The notes below the pieces were generated by a model. That model did no database searches and had not been told where the DNA came from. It worked only from the letters and a program-made list of their open reading frames with translations. From positions 2,480,001-2,544,000 of the forward strand of contig OU015566.1 of NCBI GenBank assembly GCA_907165135.1: a stretch of DNA of 64,000 nt, read 5' to 3'. Shown here piece after piece: positions 1 to 11,700 of the stretch (the stretch's first letter is position 1; each line of letters opens with the position of its first letter). Source of the stretch: Oikopleura dioica. Its lineage: Eukaryota > Animalia > Chordata. The position numbers were made by a program, and so were the translations under genes.

Positions 1-1
1 A

Positions 2-628
2 TACAGCCAGGTCGTCACGCGAAAAGGCATCAAGGTTGATAAGATGAATTTGATGGTGGGAAGCTACGCGCCGCGAGCTGATGACTACACTTTCACTACT
101 GATGCTGATGAAGCACCTTCGGTAAGCGTTTAAAATCTCCCATTCAAGGGAAAGAGCCTCTTTGAAAGAGTCTTTCAAAGAGTGATAAATGAAGTTCGAC
201 CAGAGATCCTGTTCATCTCATAGAAAGGGAAATAATTTACCCAAAGATGTCTAAAGGAGATGTGATTCAGATGTCCCTTGATGTCGATTAATTTATCCAG
301 TCGTCTTTAGGCATATTTTATCCCTTTCTGACTCCTCACTGAGGAGTCCTCAGGATGTTTCGAGATGCATGTTGATGTCTACCGGGAGATCTCTTGATGA
401 GACCTCATGAAGTCTACAGACCTGCTGAGACGTCTGCTTCGGTCCAAAGATGATGAAAGGCACCTTTCATTACTATGATTCTGTCTGAATCAATATTTTT
501 CCTTAACAAAATTTCAGGGAATGCTGGCTCGAGGCACCTACAAGGTCCAGTCAAAATTCATCGACGACGATAAAAAAGAACACGCCGCTTGGGAGTGGCA
601 ATTCGAAATCGCCAAAAAGTGGGAATAA
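2..628 (+). CDS. RhoGDI: Rho GDP-dissociation inhibitor, 3' part (exons 2-121 and 518-628; gene starts left of the window)
   Basis: The spliced translation YSQVVTRKGIKVDKMNLMVGSYAPRADDYTFTTDADEAPS|GMLARGTYKVQSKFIDDDKKEHAAWEWQFEIAKKWE* matches the RhoGDI C-terminus (MVGSYxPR, EEAPxGMLARG, DDDK, WEW). GT-AG intron 122-517. Confidence 0.93.
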
Positions 629-1331
629 CCATCTTCAATCGCGAATCAACCCTTCATTCCAACACAGAAATACCCAACTATCCACCAAAAAGAGTCTCTC
701 ACTTTCAAAAAGAACCAACCATTGATTATTTCTCACCCCTAGAAAGCTGCCTTCAAATCTACCGTATCTACTCTATCGCACAAAAAAGTTCAACCAAAAA
801 GAATTCCTACTTGATTTCAATCCAACTCTCATCCAACTTCAGTACCCAGAATAAGACAACAAGATCAAAAGTCAGGTTATTAAAACCCTTCAAATTCAAA
901 ATGATCCTTTGCCCATCGTCGATTTTGCATGCACAAAGAAATAACTGATCCCTACTTCTTCTTATCTTCATACCTATTCTTGCACTTATTTTGGCCCCTT
1001 TTACGTTATCTTTTCTGTGCAAAAGTAAATAAATTATTGGACATTCTCACAGAAATGCTACTAAAATTGATGACTTTCTCAGATAGAAAAATCTCCTAGG
1101 TTTTCCCATATTAGGATGTCATCAATCTGTCCCTTCTTTTATCATTTCCTTCGTGGTCATTATTTTTAAGGGCTTTTCCTTTTCACAATCAGCGCTATTC
1201 ACGTGTCATCGCGAGGGCAAATATGCCTGTTTAACTACCCGCTGGCTAAGCCATTTTCCCTTTTTTGGAAATATAAATATCGTCGCGCACCTATTCCTGA
1301 CAGACAAAAAATTTGAGAAAAAAAAAACGAG

Positions 1332-2399
1332 ATGGAGCAATCTCTTTTCTTTTGCCACTCTTGCAACCACAGAGCTCAAACTGTTGCAAAACCGTTTAAT
1401 TGCATAAATTGCTTCTCCGTTTTTGTCGACATAGCAGATATTTCTATCAAAAGACCTCTGGAGAAAAGCGATGAATTGATAGAAGCAGAAGATTCAAGTC
1501 AAAGTTTGGCGAAAAAAAGAATACCTCAACAAAGTAAGTTTCAGAAAATTAAAACATAGACACCGTTTGTTTTATATTAACCCAAGCTGGGGAGTCTATG
1601 TTCTCCGACCACAGTTATCACAGAGGGTTCCCTAAAGTACCAGAATGTAGCTTAGGGTCTGATCTGTGGCGTAGGGGTACTTAGAAAAAGTTATTGTCAC
1701 ATGTTGCATCATACAGTGCCTCAATGCAGCTAAAATAAGAGGTAAAGGTCTATTCTGTGGCGTAGGGGGGTTAAAATAATCTCAGGATGTCCTCATCCCT
1801 TTTCTAGAGGGGTTCAAAAACGGGTGGATAATATAAAACAAACGGTGTCATAGTTTTTTCTTTGTTTGACTAGCGAGAAAATCAAACATTTTCCCTCGTC
1901 TATTCATGAACTCGTAAATTTGAAACGCCCAAACTCATTTTCCTTCTTTTCAGGCCGCACAAGCATCAGAGAATCTTCAAACTACATGCAGCAAGAGGAA
2001 GAAAGATCCAACTCTCCCACCAGCATTACCTCCCTAACTTCTCTTTTCGCCCATTTACCTCCCCTCCAACAGCGGCCAGCGACTCCACGAAGAATTCAGG
2101 AGCCCCGGCCACAGCTTTTCGTGACTCCTGATGGCAGAATCGTCGACAATCCATCTCACCCCGGGGACGAACAAAACGAGATAACAGAAGACGAAAGGAT
2201 CAGAAGACATGCTGCAGTAGAAATAAAACAGTTGAGCGAAAAGGAAGCAAAGGAGATTTGCTCAGTTTGCCACGAAATTTACGAGGACGAAAAAGGGGCG
2301 GTGCTTCCAAACTGTCAACATGTCTTCCACGAGAAATGTATCAAAAAATGGCTCGATCAGAAAAATACTTGTCCTCTTTGTCAAACAACTGTCGCATAA
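1332..2399 (+). CDS. RNF126/RNF115-like E3 ligase (N-terminal C2C2 zinc ribbon plus C-terminal RING-H2), ~215 aa
   Basis: Exon 1332-1533 encodes FFCHSC...FNCINCFSVFVD. A phase-1 GT-AG intron (1534-1953) joins it in frame to exon 1954-2399, which carries CSVCHEIY...LPNCQHVFHEKCIKKWL...CPLC. Confidence 0.85.
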
Positions 2400-3687
2400 A
2401 AATTTCGTATAATTTTTTTGTAATAAAGTATAATCAACCAATGGACACACCAGTCTGCCTTGGTATTTTTAATGCAGTTTTAAAAGGAAAATTCTTCAAA
2501 ACCACTCTTGATGCCGAAAAGATAGACGTCACGCAAGTTGCTTCTGAGCAAGTTGTAAATCCCAAGTTCAATTAACTCAACTCACAATTGGCACATAATA
2601 AAAAGCATCGCTGAATAGCATCTTGGCGCCGGAGGCAAAGTTTCAGCCTCTATTTTTTCGGTTAGCGATCATACTTTTTTTCTGAATTTTCCGGAGAAAT
2701 TCAAGAGATTTGAAAATTCAAGAAAAAGAAATCAATTTATCAAAAAGGTAAGAAATGACCCTTTTGACGGGAAAAAGCCATTGAACTTGTCAGAAGAACG
2801 CTCGTGTGGCTCTGAGCCTTCATGCGTCTTGAAAGTATCGGAATAGCAAACAACGCGTAAAATGCGCGAATTAATCATTATGCTCCAGCAATACCTGGAT
2901 CTCCCCTTCACTTCCACTCTTAAAATGTTCCAGACTCACTTTTTTCGTTCTCTCGAATTTTGTTCTTTCTTATGAAAAGAAATAGAAAGCGAAGAAAAAT
3001 GGATTCAAGAGAATGGGAATTCATAAAAAAATCTGACAAAAAACGGATCGATTTATTTTAATACGACTGAATTTTAATTGAGATGAAATTAAATTAGCAG
3101 CGCGTATTCCCAAACTCAGAACGTACCCTTCGACCCTAATGAGTTTGGACGAAGAACAAGAGTTTAATTTTCAGTTTTCGTTTCAAAATAGGTTCGTTTC
3201 GCGAAAATAAATTCTCTAGTCAAATCCTCATTCATTGTGAAAAAAAGAGAGAATCCTGCGTTTTCAGAAGATATCTGAAACTTTTAAATTAACGGTTTAG
3301 TTTATAGATTTGACAAAAGAATAGGTAGGATAAATCACATATAAATCATATTTTTGTTAAGAAAGGGGGCAATTTTTTATTATAAGGTAGCCAATGACCT
3401 TAGGACCATTCTGACTAAGGATAAGGTACTTGGGGGTGATTTCGTACCCTGAGGCCATTTAGGTACTTCCAATGTCTCAGAATCTCAGTTTTTTTTTGCA
3501 TCAAAAGAAGGATGGTTTTTTATTGAACTGTATTTTTGTTATTTTATTTGAAAGGCTATGAATGTACATTGTACAATGGCTATGGTTAGATGAATGTATA
3601 TTCGGGATTCGATCTTTGCAGTTTTTCGCTCAGCAATCTTAAAAAAAAATTGATAATAATGGTAAACGCCTTGTTATTTGTAATTTT

Positions 3688-4542
3688 TTACCTTGCTTGA
3701 TGTCGACGATGATCCAGATCGGAAATGAAAACATCATCATCAGTCGTTTCATCCTCTTCTTCCTGCGAGTCGTAGTCAATTTCTTTTGAATCAAAGGATT
3801 CTTCGCTTTTTCCTTTTTTCGACAAATGCGACATTTTTTCAGGATAGCAAATCATCAAAAAGCCGGTGAGAAGAATAAACGGATTCAAGGCCCAAACAGT
3901 AATCAGTGCCCAACCAAACACAAACTGCGCTGTATCACAAGCCAGTAAACAAGCAGTAGCAAAAGCCTCTGCATTCCACCAGCTTTTAAAAATATCGGCA
4001 GCGTATAAAATCGAGCAAAGAATATACGCAGCCGCCTAAAAGTAACTCTTTCCCTCTTTTTTTGTCCAATTTTCACCTGCAAAACAGCCATAGCACCGGA
4101 AAACTGAACCCATCTCAGTAAAATTTTCGCTCGAATTTTTCGCGCATGAAAAGCAGCGACCAAATAGCCGACTAGGCCAAATACTCCGGCGGCGGAACCG
4201 ACTACTGTCAGGGATTTCATGAAGAGGAGTTGTATTGTCTGAGTGATGTAGAACCGAGTTTTTGAGGAAAGAGCTTACCTGATAATGAAGTGGAGCTAAG
4301 TCATTCAATTCGCAGGCATAGCTCCCTGGCTCATTTTCGAAACAGTACATCTAAAGATAAAATTGAATAGGACAGCACTGTCTTTTGTCTTTCGAACTTA
4401 CCCATATTCCCTTCCACATTCCGAACATATCTCCCAAAACATTCGCATGCTTCGAAAGCATCATCCATTTGTCAGAGACGCAGCAAGAAAAATTCAAACC
4501 CGTAAAAATTATGTACCAAATTAGCAAGTAAAAATCTCTCAT
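3688..4542 (-). CDS. Claudin/PMP22/EMP-family four-pass membrane protein, ~240 aa
   Basis: Exons 4542-4402, 4350-4279, 4238-4077 and 4035-3688 are joined by GT-AG introns of 51, 40 and 41 nt. The protein has W...GIWMYC...C in loop 1, four hydrophobic segments, FGWAL before TM4 and an acidic tail. Confidence 0.8.
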
Positions 4543-5206
4543 TTTGAGTTGAAAAAATAGTCAGAAGAAAGTGGAAAGTGAAATATTTTAATTTGGAGAA
4601 GCCCAAGTTTACGGCGGCGCGATGAATAGAAGGAGAATTTGTTACGAGGCGCGTTTTTCGGATAAATTATCCAGCAAAGAATCTACTGTCTCTGGCAAAC
4701 AAAAAGGAAATTTGAATTTTTAATGGATTTTTTCGATGTTTTTTTCATATTTTATTATTTTTGTTCTTCGTTTGAAAGAATTCTTAAGATGAAGAATTTT
4801 GCATTTTCATTTTTACGATTTTTTAATTCAGATCGAAGCGAGAATTCTCCGACGAAACAAGGCCCAATTCATCACAACAATCAGAGCATCTCCATAGCGA
4901 GCAAAAAATCCTCATCTATCGCCGCGAGTGCTACAAGAAAAATCGCCAGCCGAGCTTTAACAAGGCCAGTGCCGAGTACTGCGATCTATTTGGCTCTGAT
5001 AAGAATGTAAGGTGCAATTCGAATGCGGAGAAAAACACTGGCGAGTTTGGGAAAAAAAGTTCTCTACCGAGGGAGCAGCCGTTTTCGGAGAAGATGGAAA
5101 GGGATGAACAGGTGACGCACTCGCTTCTTCGAGGGCAGTTTCAAACGAGATCTTCAGGGAAGGGGCTTTGCTCTCATTTTTAAAAAATTTCTTTTTAACA
5201 TTGATT

Positions 5207-5282
5207 CTAACCCTAACCCTAATCGTTATAGTCTTACCCTAGCTGTTAGGGCCTAACCCTAACCCTAATGATTAGGGCCTAA
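5207..5282. repeat. Interstitial telomere-like (CTAACC)n / TTAGGG cluster with both orientations
   Basis: CTAACCCTAACCCTAA twice, plus two TTAGGGCCTAA head-to-head junctions. Confidence 0.75.
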
Positions 5283-5856
5283 TCAATACTGAAAAATCGA
5301 CTCAAAAAGCCTGAGAAGGAAACTCCTCTGAATACAGCAGACGAGATACTGCGTTGAGCGATAATCTGGCCGTTTTTACTGATAGGTAAGTGAAACTCTC
5401 AAGATCGACTCTCGATCTTAATTTTACTTTTTCTCTCCTTCCCATTCATGATCCAGTGAACAATGGATCCCAACTCGCGTTATTAAGAAAAATTAAGTAA
5501 ATATCATTTTCTGAAGTTTTTGCTTATAATTAAGATGACTGAAGAGACTTTGCTAAAAGCTAAAAATTTACCTCCGAGTGGGGAAGGAGTAGAGAGGTTT
5601 AAAAGAGTAATTGTTCTTGTCTTTTTTATTGAAATTTTCAGAGATATTCGCCGCGCATCCCTCTTCAATCGCATCAAAATCGAGCGCCTTACGAAACGCG
5701 AAAAAATCCTCAGGAACGATTCTCTTTAAAAAAGTAGCAGACAGACAAGGCTATCAGTGAAAACGGGACAGTTCCACTTGTAAACATGCCCGAGGGGCTT
5801 GATTTAAACATTCTATCGAACATTGATTATGATTATCGGAATTGCGAAATTCTGAA

Positions 5857-8587
5857 ATGAAAGTTTCAGAGAAAAATGGCGAGGAAAAAAATTTAGTAGA
5901 GATTCCGAAAAGTTTATTTTGCTGTCTTCTTGTGGCTTCTCTTGGGTTTGTGATTTTTTCCGGAAAAAAGGTCGAAATATCTGAAAATAAAAAATTGGCA
6001 TTGAAGTTAAAGATTGCCGCTAAAACTATAATAAAACTTATTTTGATCTTCCTTAAAAGTGTCGACGACCGGATCAGCCTCAAAATCAACCCGCTCTTCC
6101 GAAGAAACCTGCACAGAACGAGCCTGTATTGAACTAAGCGCCTCCGTCCTTGGCGCGATTGATGACACCATCGACCCCTGCGATGACTTCTTCGAATACG
6201 CATGCGCCAATTGGATCAAAAAGAGTCCGATGCCGAATGGGAAACAGAGCTGGGGAACGTTGACGAAAAGATCAGAGTTGACGAATGCGGATGTGAAGGT
6301 GATGCTGGAAACGCCGCTGGAAAAGCAGCCTGAAGCACCTTATGTCAAGGAAATATTGAATATGTACAGGAAGAGGTTCTTTATAATATCAGATATTGTT
6401 AATTGAGAACATTCATTATCGAACCTTGGAAAAGAGCGTGTCTAGACATGGGCGAAATCAATTCCCGCGGCGCGCAGCCAGCTCAAGATTTCATAAAACA
6501 ACATTTCGGCGGCTGGTCATGGACTTCTGAAAACACAATGTCAGCTCAGCAACTCGTGCAAACTGCCCACTCACTTGGATCACCAGCTATTCTCGGCTTT
6601 GGCGTCGGAATCGATCTCGCCGACTCAAACAAGCATATTCTCTCCTTGGAGCAAGATGGCCTGAGCTTTATGACGCGCGATTATTACATTTCCCGAAATG
6701 GAACTGCTTTCGACATCATGGAAGAAAACACCCCACTGAACTTTTACTTCGAATACATGTCCGGCGTCATAAGTCTCTTGAGCCCAGAAACGGAAGAATC
6801 TTTCGTCCGGGAACGAGTGATAAAAATCTTGAAATTCGAACAAGAGCTTGCCAAGATCATGATGTCGCCTGAGGAGCAAAGAGACTACAACGCTAATTAT
6901 GAAGAAATCACGATGACGGATTTGATTGAACTCACGAAATTTGAGGGCTGGGATTGGATAGGCTTCTTTGCTACCTTTTTTGGCGAAAGGGAAGTGACGA
7001 AAAACGAACGAATCGTCATCTTTGCCAGGTAAAGCCCTTTACTTTCCTTAAAATCTGTAAGAAAATTAAGGGATTACCTGAAAAACGTCGGCGCAATCGT
7101 AACCAAAACTCCAATCGAAACTCTCAAAGATTACGCTGCCTGGGTTTCCGTCAAGCCGCTGATTTCAACTCTTTCCGAAGATTTCCAGCAGCTGAGATAC
7201 AAACTGATTCTCGAAGTCAACGGCGTCGATTTCTCATGCCAGGAGAGATGGCGCGTTTGCACAGATTTTGTTCAAGGTAATTTTTTTCCTTTGAAAAATA
7301 GGCTCAAAAATGTTTTACGAATCAATGCCACTTGTTGTTGGAAGAGTGTATGTCGAGAATTTCTTCAATAGGAATATCAAAACTCAAGGTAAAATTTGGT
7401 CTTTTTCGAGTAAAAATTGATGAAAAATTCAGTGGAAAATTTTGCTGAATCAATAAAATCCGAGTTCATTGAAACCCTCTCCAGTCAGACATGGATGGAC
7501 ATCGATACTAAGGCTCGGGCAAAAGACAAGGCGAACAAGATGAAGGACAAGTACGGGTTCCCTCCTTATTTGCTCAACAATACGAAGATTATTTCCGAGT
7601 ACGAAGGTCTGGTGCTGGAAGATGACGATGATTTCTGGGGATATACGTGGACGATTAATGAGTGGGCGATTAAAAATCATAACATGAAATTGAGGAAACC
7701 TGTTGACAAGGTGAGTTCAAATTTGAGAGATTGAAATTAACGAATTGGACATTAAAAGGAGCTTTGGTCAATGTCGGTCCAAGAGACGAACGCATACTAC
7801 AGTCCGACAGAGAATGCGATGGTCTTTCCTGCTGGAATTCTTCAACCGCCACTGTATCACATTGACTATCCAAGTTATTTCAACTATGGCGCGATCGGTA
7901 AGAATGGTTTTCCGACAATAGTTGGCCCAGAAATGCCTGTCATCTCGTTTTAAATCGCGAACGCTCATCTGATTGGCCAATTTTCTAAATTTATTCTTAG
8001 GTATGATTATTGGTCACGAAATCACCCATGGCTTCGATGACCAAGGCCGCCACATGGACGCAGACGGAAATCGAAAGAACTGGTGGGGCGAAACTACTTC
8101 TCAAAACTTTGCAGAAAGCGCGGAGTGTATGGTGAATCAGTACGACAAGCAAACATTCATGGGGATGAATCTTTCCGGAAGATTGACACTCGGAGAAAAT
8201 ATCGCGGATAATGGTGGCGTCAAAATTGCTTTCAACGCTTGGGTAAAGTTCCGTTTATTTAGTGGTTGTTTTAAAGAAAAATTCTAGAAACGACAAGCAA
8301 AGGAGGAGAAAAGACTGCCGGGAATGGAGAAGTATTCGTCGGAGCAGATGTTTTTTGTTGCGACAGCTCATGCCTGGTGCTCGGAATCGCTTGAAAAAGG
8401 TTAGTTTGTCCACTCTTCTTGTCGATCAACCGATTAAGCGGCCCAAAATCAAATGAGAATGGACGCACACCCTCCCAACAAAATAAGAGTTAATCAAGCC
8501 TTCCGGAATTTTGAACCCTTCTCGGAAATTTGGCAATGTCCTGTTGGCTCTCCTATGAACCCAAACGATCGCTGCCACATTTGGTAA
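5857..8587 (+). CDS. M13 family zinc metallopeptidase (neprilysin/ECE-like), type II membrane anchor; apparent 1-nt frameshift near 8480
   Basis: N-terminal hydrophobic anchor, PCDDFFEYACANW, NAYYSPTENAMVFPAGILQPP, HEITHGFDD, ENIADNGG, and C-terminal HPP..IRV...CPVGSPMNPNDRCHIW*. About nine short introns. Confidence 0.95.
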
Positions 8588-8730
8588 TGAACAGACAGCT
8601 GCTTTATTTATGACTTTCATTGCACATACTTTTCATTCTGCTAATAAAACATAAAATACTATCAAACGAAAGCAATGGATAATTTCTTGTTGTTTTATAT
8701 TGGAAAGAAGTATTGAGGCAATCAGATGAA

Positions 8731-11700
8731 TCAATAACCGCGGTATCGGTAGGAATAAGTCGGCCGGTGGTATCCGAAATTTCTTCCTCGGAATCGCCGG
8801 ACGTTCGGATTTGGTGTTGGTTGAGTAGAAGACGTTCCAGTTGCGGCAGATGTTGTGCTCTCTGTTGTTGCCAAGGCGCTCGTGGTTGTCGATCCTGAAA
8901 AAAAAAGCTGAGGTTATTCATTTCATGGAAATTGGATACCACCAGAAGTTGTGGAGGCAGTAGTGCTGGTTGTTTCAGTGGTAGAGCCGGAATAGGTCGT
9001 GTAGTCGTATTTCGTCGTTGTCAGGGGAGTCGTTGTTGTATCTACGTCATATCCTGTTGTTGACAGCGTGTAAGATGTCGTTGTTGCCGTCGTTGTTGTT
9101 AGTCCGCCTGAAGTTGTCGGTGCCTCTGTTGTTACTTCTTCGGTGGATGTGGTTGTTGTGGTTGTTGTTGTTGTTGTGGAAGTGGATGTTGTGGTGGAAG
9201 TGGTAGTTGTTGTAGGATCTTCAGTCGTTGTTGGGATTGGTTCAGAGCATTTGTCATCAGAAAATTGATGATTTTTCGAAATTCGCCAACCCGATAAATC
9301 GTCACAGGCGATTTTGTACCTAAAAAGATTCTTGAAAAAAGAATGAAATGGAAGAAAAATTACCGAATTTCCTCGTCGTCGTTTTCGCATTTTCCCTTGC
9401 ACATGAATTTGTCCTTGCCCTTCACGTGACAATGCCAAGATCCGAATCCAATGTCGAAGAGATCAGTGGCGACTTTTTCTGTGCATGGCATTGGTGGAGG
9501 GCTTGTTGTTGTTGACGTTGTGATTATAGTTGTTGTTCCTTCGGAATACTTGGTTGTTGTTGGAAGGATTGTCGTGGTTTCGGGATCGGTATAGGAGCAG
9601 ACATCATCTGAAAAGTCGGGGTCTTTAGTGATTGACCAGCCTTTGTCTTCCCAGCAACCGACGTTGAATCGAATCTTCTTTCCTTTATCATCGCACTGTC
9701 CATTGCAAATCAAGCCCTTCTTACGCTCCTTGCAAATCCACTTTCCGTCGCCAAGAGGATACTCCTCAAGCGCCGCATCCGCGCTACAGGTTATCGGAGA
9801 AGGCAAATCGGTGGTTCCAGGAGAGCCAGTTGTCGATTCCCCTTCGCATCGGTCGCCGAGAAATTGCTTGTCGACGAATTCCCAGCCTTTGCCGGTGCAG
9901 CGAAGCCCGTAACGGATTTTCTGCTTGTCCTTTTAACAAGTCAAAAAATGTTTTTGGTATTTTTATCGATAATTTTTCTTTCCAATTTTATTCATCGAAT
10001 AAATAATTACAAGAGCACTCCCTAAACGCCTTCAAATGAATAATATTTCATCAAAATTGAGGAGATTTCGTTAAGGGTACTATCTTCGATTTCCCCAACT
10101 TGAGCCTTGAATAACTCGGAACTTGTAAATGATTGCTGAGTTCATATGGGCTCATCGAATAGACCTGTCCTAGATCTTAAGGGTAGGGTCCCCGTACAGG
10201 CCCAAAGCAGCGAGACTCTCTTCCGAACCTATCAATGCTAGGAAGGCGTGTAATGGCTCAAATGAAAGTTCAATCTTAGATCTTCTGATTAACACGAGCT
10301 GTTTTCGAAATTCCAAGAGAAAAGTCATGTGCGGTTCGCTCAAAGTTGTCGTCTCAGCGAAAAATCGCGAAAATAGCCAATATTCAGGGCGACTCTCCTC
10401 CAAAGTGAGCAATGAAAACCCACTCGATTCTTTTGTAGGGTAAAGTTTGGACCCTAATCTTGAAAATGACACGAGCTTTTTTCAATTGGTCAAAATTTTC
10501 TATGTTAAAAATTTTAAAGTACGAAGGTACCCATTTTCTGTCCCTTTGACTCCGTGAATTGCCTTGCGGGCATAGCCCAAAAGGCGCCGTTCTCATCGCA
10601 AATAGATGTCCTGAACGTAGGCTTTCCAAAAAGGTATCATATGACACCCTAACATAACGACCAAAAATTGTAAAAATTTTAAAATTTCCGCCTTTTAGCC
10701 AAAATGCACTAATTTTCGCCATTTTCAATTGCAATTTATGCGAAAATGGGTTGAGATAGAGATAATTCTCATATGGAGTTTTTTGCTCAGAATTTCATAG
10801 AGATTCAGAAAAAGTGGTCAAAACCCGATTCTGAGACTTGACCCTGTAAGGGGACCCTACCCTTAACTATTACAGAGGGGTTTATTAATTGCTTTACCGA
10901 AAAACGGCTAAATTTTGGCTTGAAGTGGTCATTTTCGCCAAAATGGCCTGTATAAACGGTTGAATAACTCAAAAACAAGTCTGATAACTAGGCCTTATTA
11001 TATTTTTCATATATAATTTGAACCTTAATCTTTAAAATTACAGAAGGAATTTTTCATTGAAAAACTAAAAATACGAAAAATAATTTTTTTTAAAATTGTG
11101 TCTCGCAGTTTTCGCTAAAATTGAGCATTTTTTTTAATTTTGCGGCACATTTTTGGCTCTAGAATCGAAAATATCTTGATGTCGCGATCGATACAGCCAC
11201 TAACATACTGCTCTTGCTCTGAGCTTTCGAAAAAGCCGTTGATCAAGAAAATCGAAGTTCAAAATTTTTTTTCGAAAAAATTTCTAGTGGCCATATCTCA
11301 AGATATATTCAGAGTTGGTAAAAAAGTATACTTCCCCTCGCCCTTCAAAAATCTGCAGGGCGCCCTTCATTCTTGAAGGGCGGTGAAGTGTACTTCACGC
11401 GCCCTTCAAAGCCCTGAAGTATACTTCAGCTATCGGTTCATCTGCCACAATCAGCGTGATTTAAATCATGGCGCCTGAGAGCCAATAAGCGCAAAATTTG
11501 AAAAAATTCTGGCGGATGGATTCTGATGGCCGACAGAACCAAGTTGTAGTAGAGTGAAGGGCGGAAGGGCGGTTGAAGTAGAGGGAAGGGCGGAAGTACA
11601 CTTCACGCCCTTCAACGCCCTGCAACGCCCTGAAGTATACTTCATGAAGTATACTTCATTCTGAAGGGCGGGTGAAGTATACTTTTTTACCAACTCTGGA

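Noticed and set aside
589-1407. ORF-track entries 589-948, 807-1022 and 1153-1407
   Set aside because: They overlap the RhoGDI 3' UTR and intergenic AT-rich sequence, use non-ATG starts or have low-complexity composition.
1600-1830. Direct repeat CTGTGGCGTAGGGG (x2) in the RING gene intron as a possible transposon
   Set aside because: No TIR pair or TSD could be defined; at most degraded repeat debris.
2400-2920. Short ORFs on both strands after the RING gene
   Set aside because: No recognisable protein features or consistent splice pattern.
4620-5180. Possible plus-strand exons (MNRRRICYEARF...; open frames after the acceptor at 4830)
   Set aside because: Two frames are equally open, no motif is recognisable and no coherent gene model emerges.
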